Assembly (NCBI GenBank): GCA_964016885.1
Contig: OZ024743.1
Coordinates: 35,092,001-35,156,000, forward strand
Direction: 5' to 3'
Length of the DNA: 64,000 nucleotides
Source: Eledone cirrhosa
Lineage: Eukaryota
This document shows positions 63,944-64,000 of this stretch, piece by piece. The number at the start of each line of letters is the position of its first letter. Position 1 is the first letter of the stretch. The notes under the pieces are model-generated. The model did no database searches. It saw nothing but the letters and a program-made list of their open reading frames with translations, and was not told the DNA's origin. The position numbers and the translations under genes are program-made.

Positions 63944-64000
63944 GAAATATGTGTTAAGGAAAAAGCAAAAAGAACACAACACTCACAACACTCACAAATC

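Overview
AT-rich, microsatellite-dense eukaryotic DNA made almost entirely of transposon relics. The repeat repertoire (tRNA-headed CORE-type SINEs sharing a 3' tail with RTE LINEs, huge (TA)n/(CAT)n tracts) suggests a cephalopod such as Octopus; this is inference. No intact host protein-coding gene could be supported, only weak candidate exons and promoter motifs. Recognisable elements include RTE LINE fragments, CRE-like and R4-like RLE retrotransposon fragments, a mariner relic, hAT/piggyBac/Tc1 MITEs and two SINE families. Two signals stand out. (1) At least six short insertions in (TA)n tracts carry type-I hammerhead ribozyme motifs of the Penelope-like-element (PLE) kind. Five of them are inverted repeats followed by a 75-90 bp tail, and in three the inversion axis lies in the loop of ribozyme stem II or stem III, which suggests snap-back priming at the ribozyme's own hairpins. 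(2) A 2.3-kb (TA)n-flanked unit (46771-49068) has long inverted repeats with 34-bp subrepeats, a decayed GC-rich ORF, an intact orphan 119-aa ORF, an SGNH-esterase-like remnant and a terminal hairpin. Boundaries of degenerate repeats are approximate, and all analysis was by eye.
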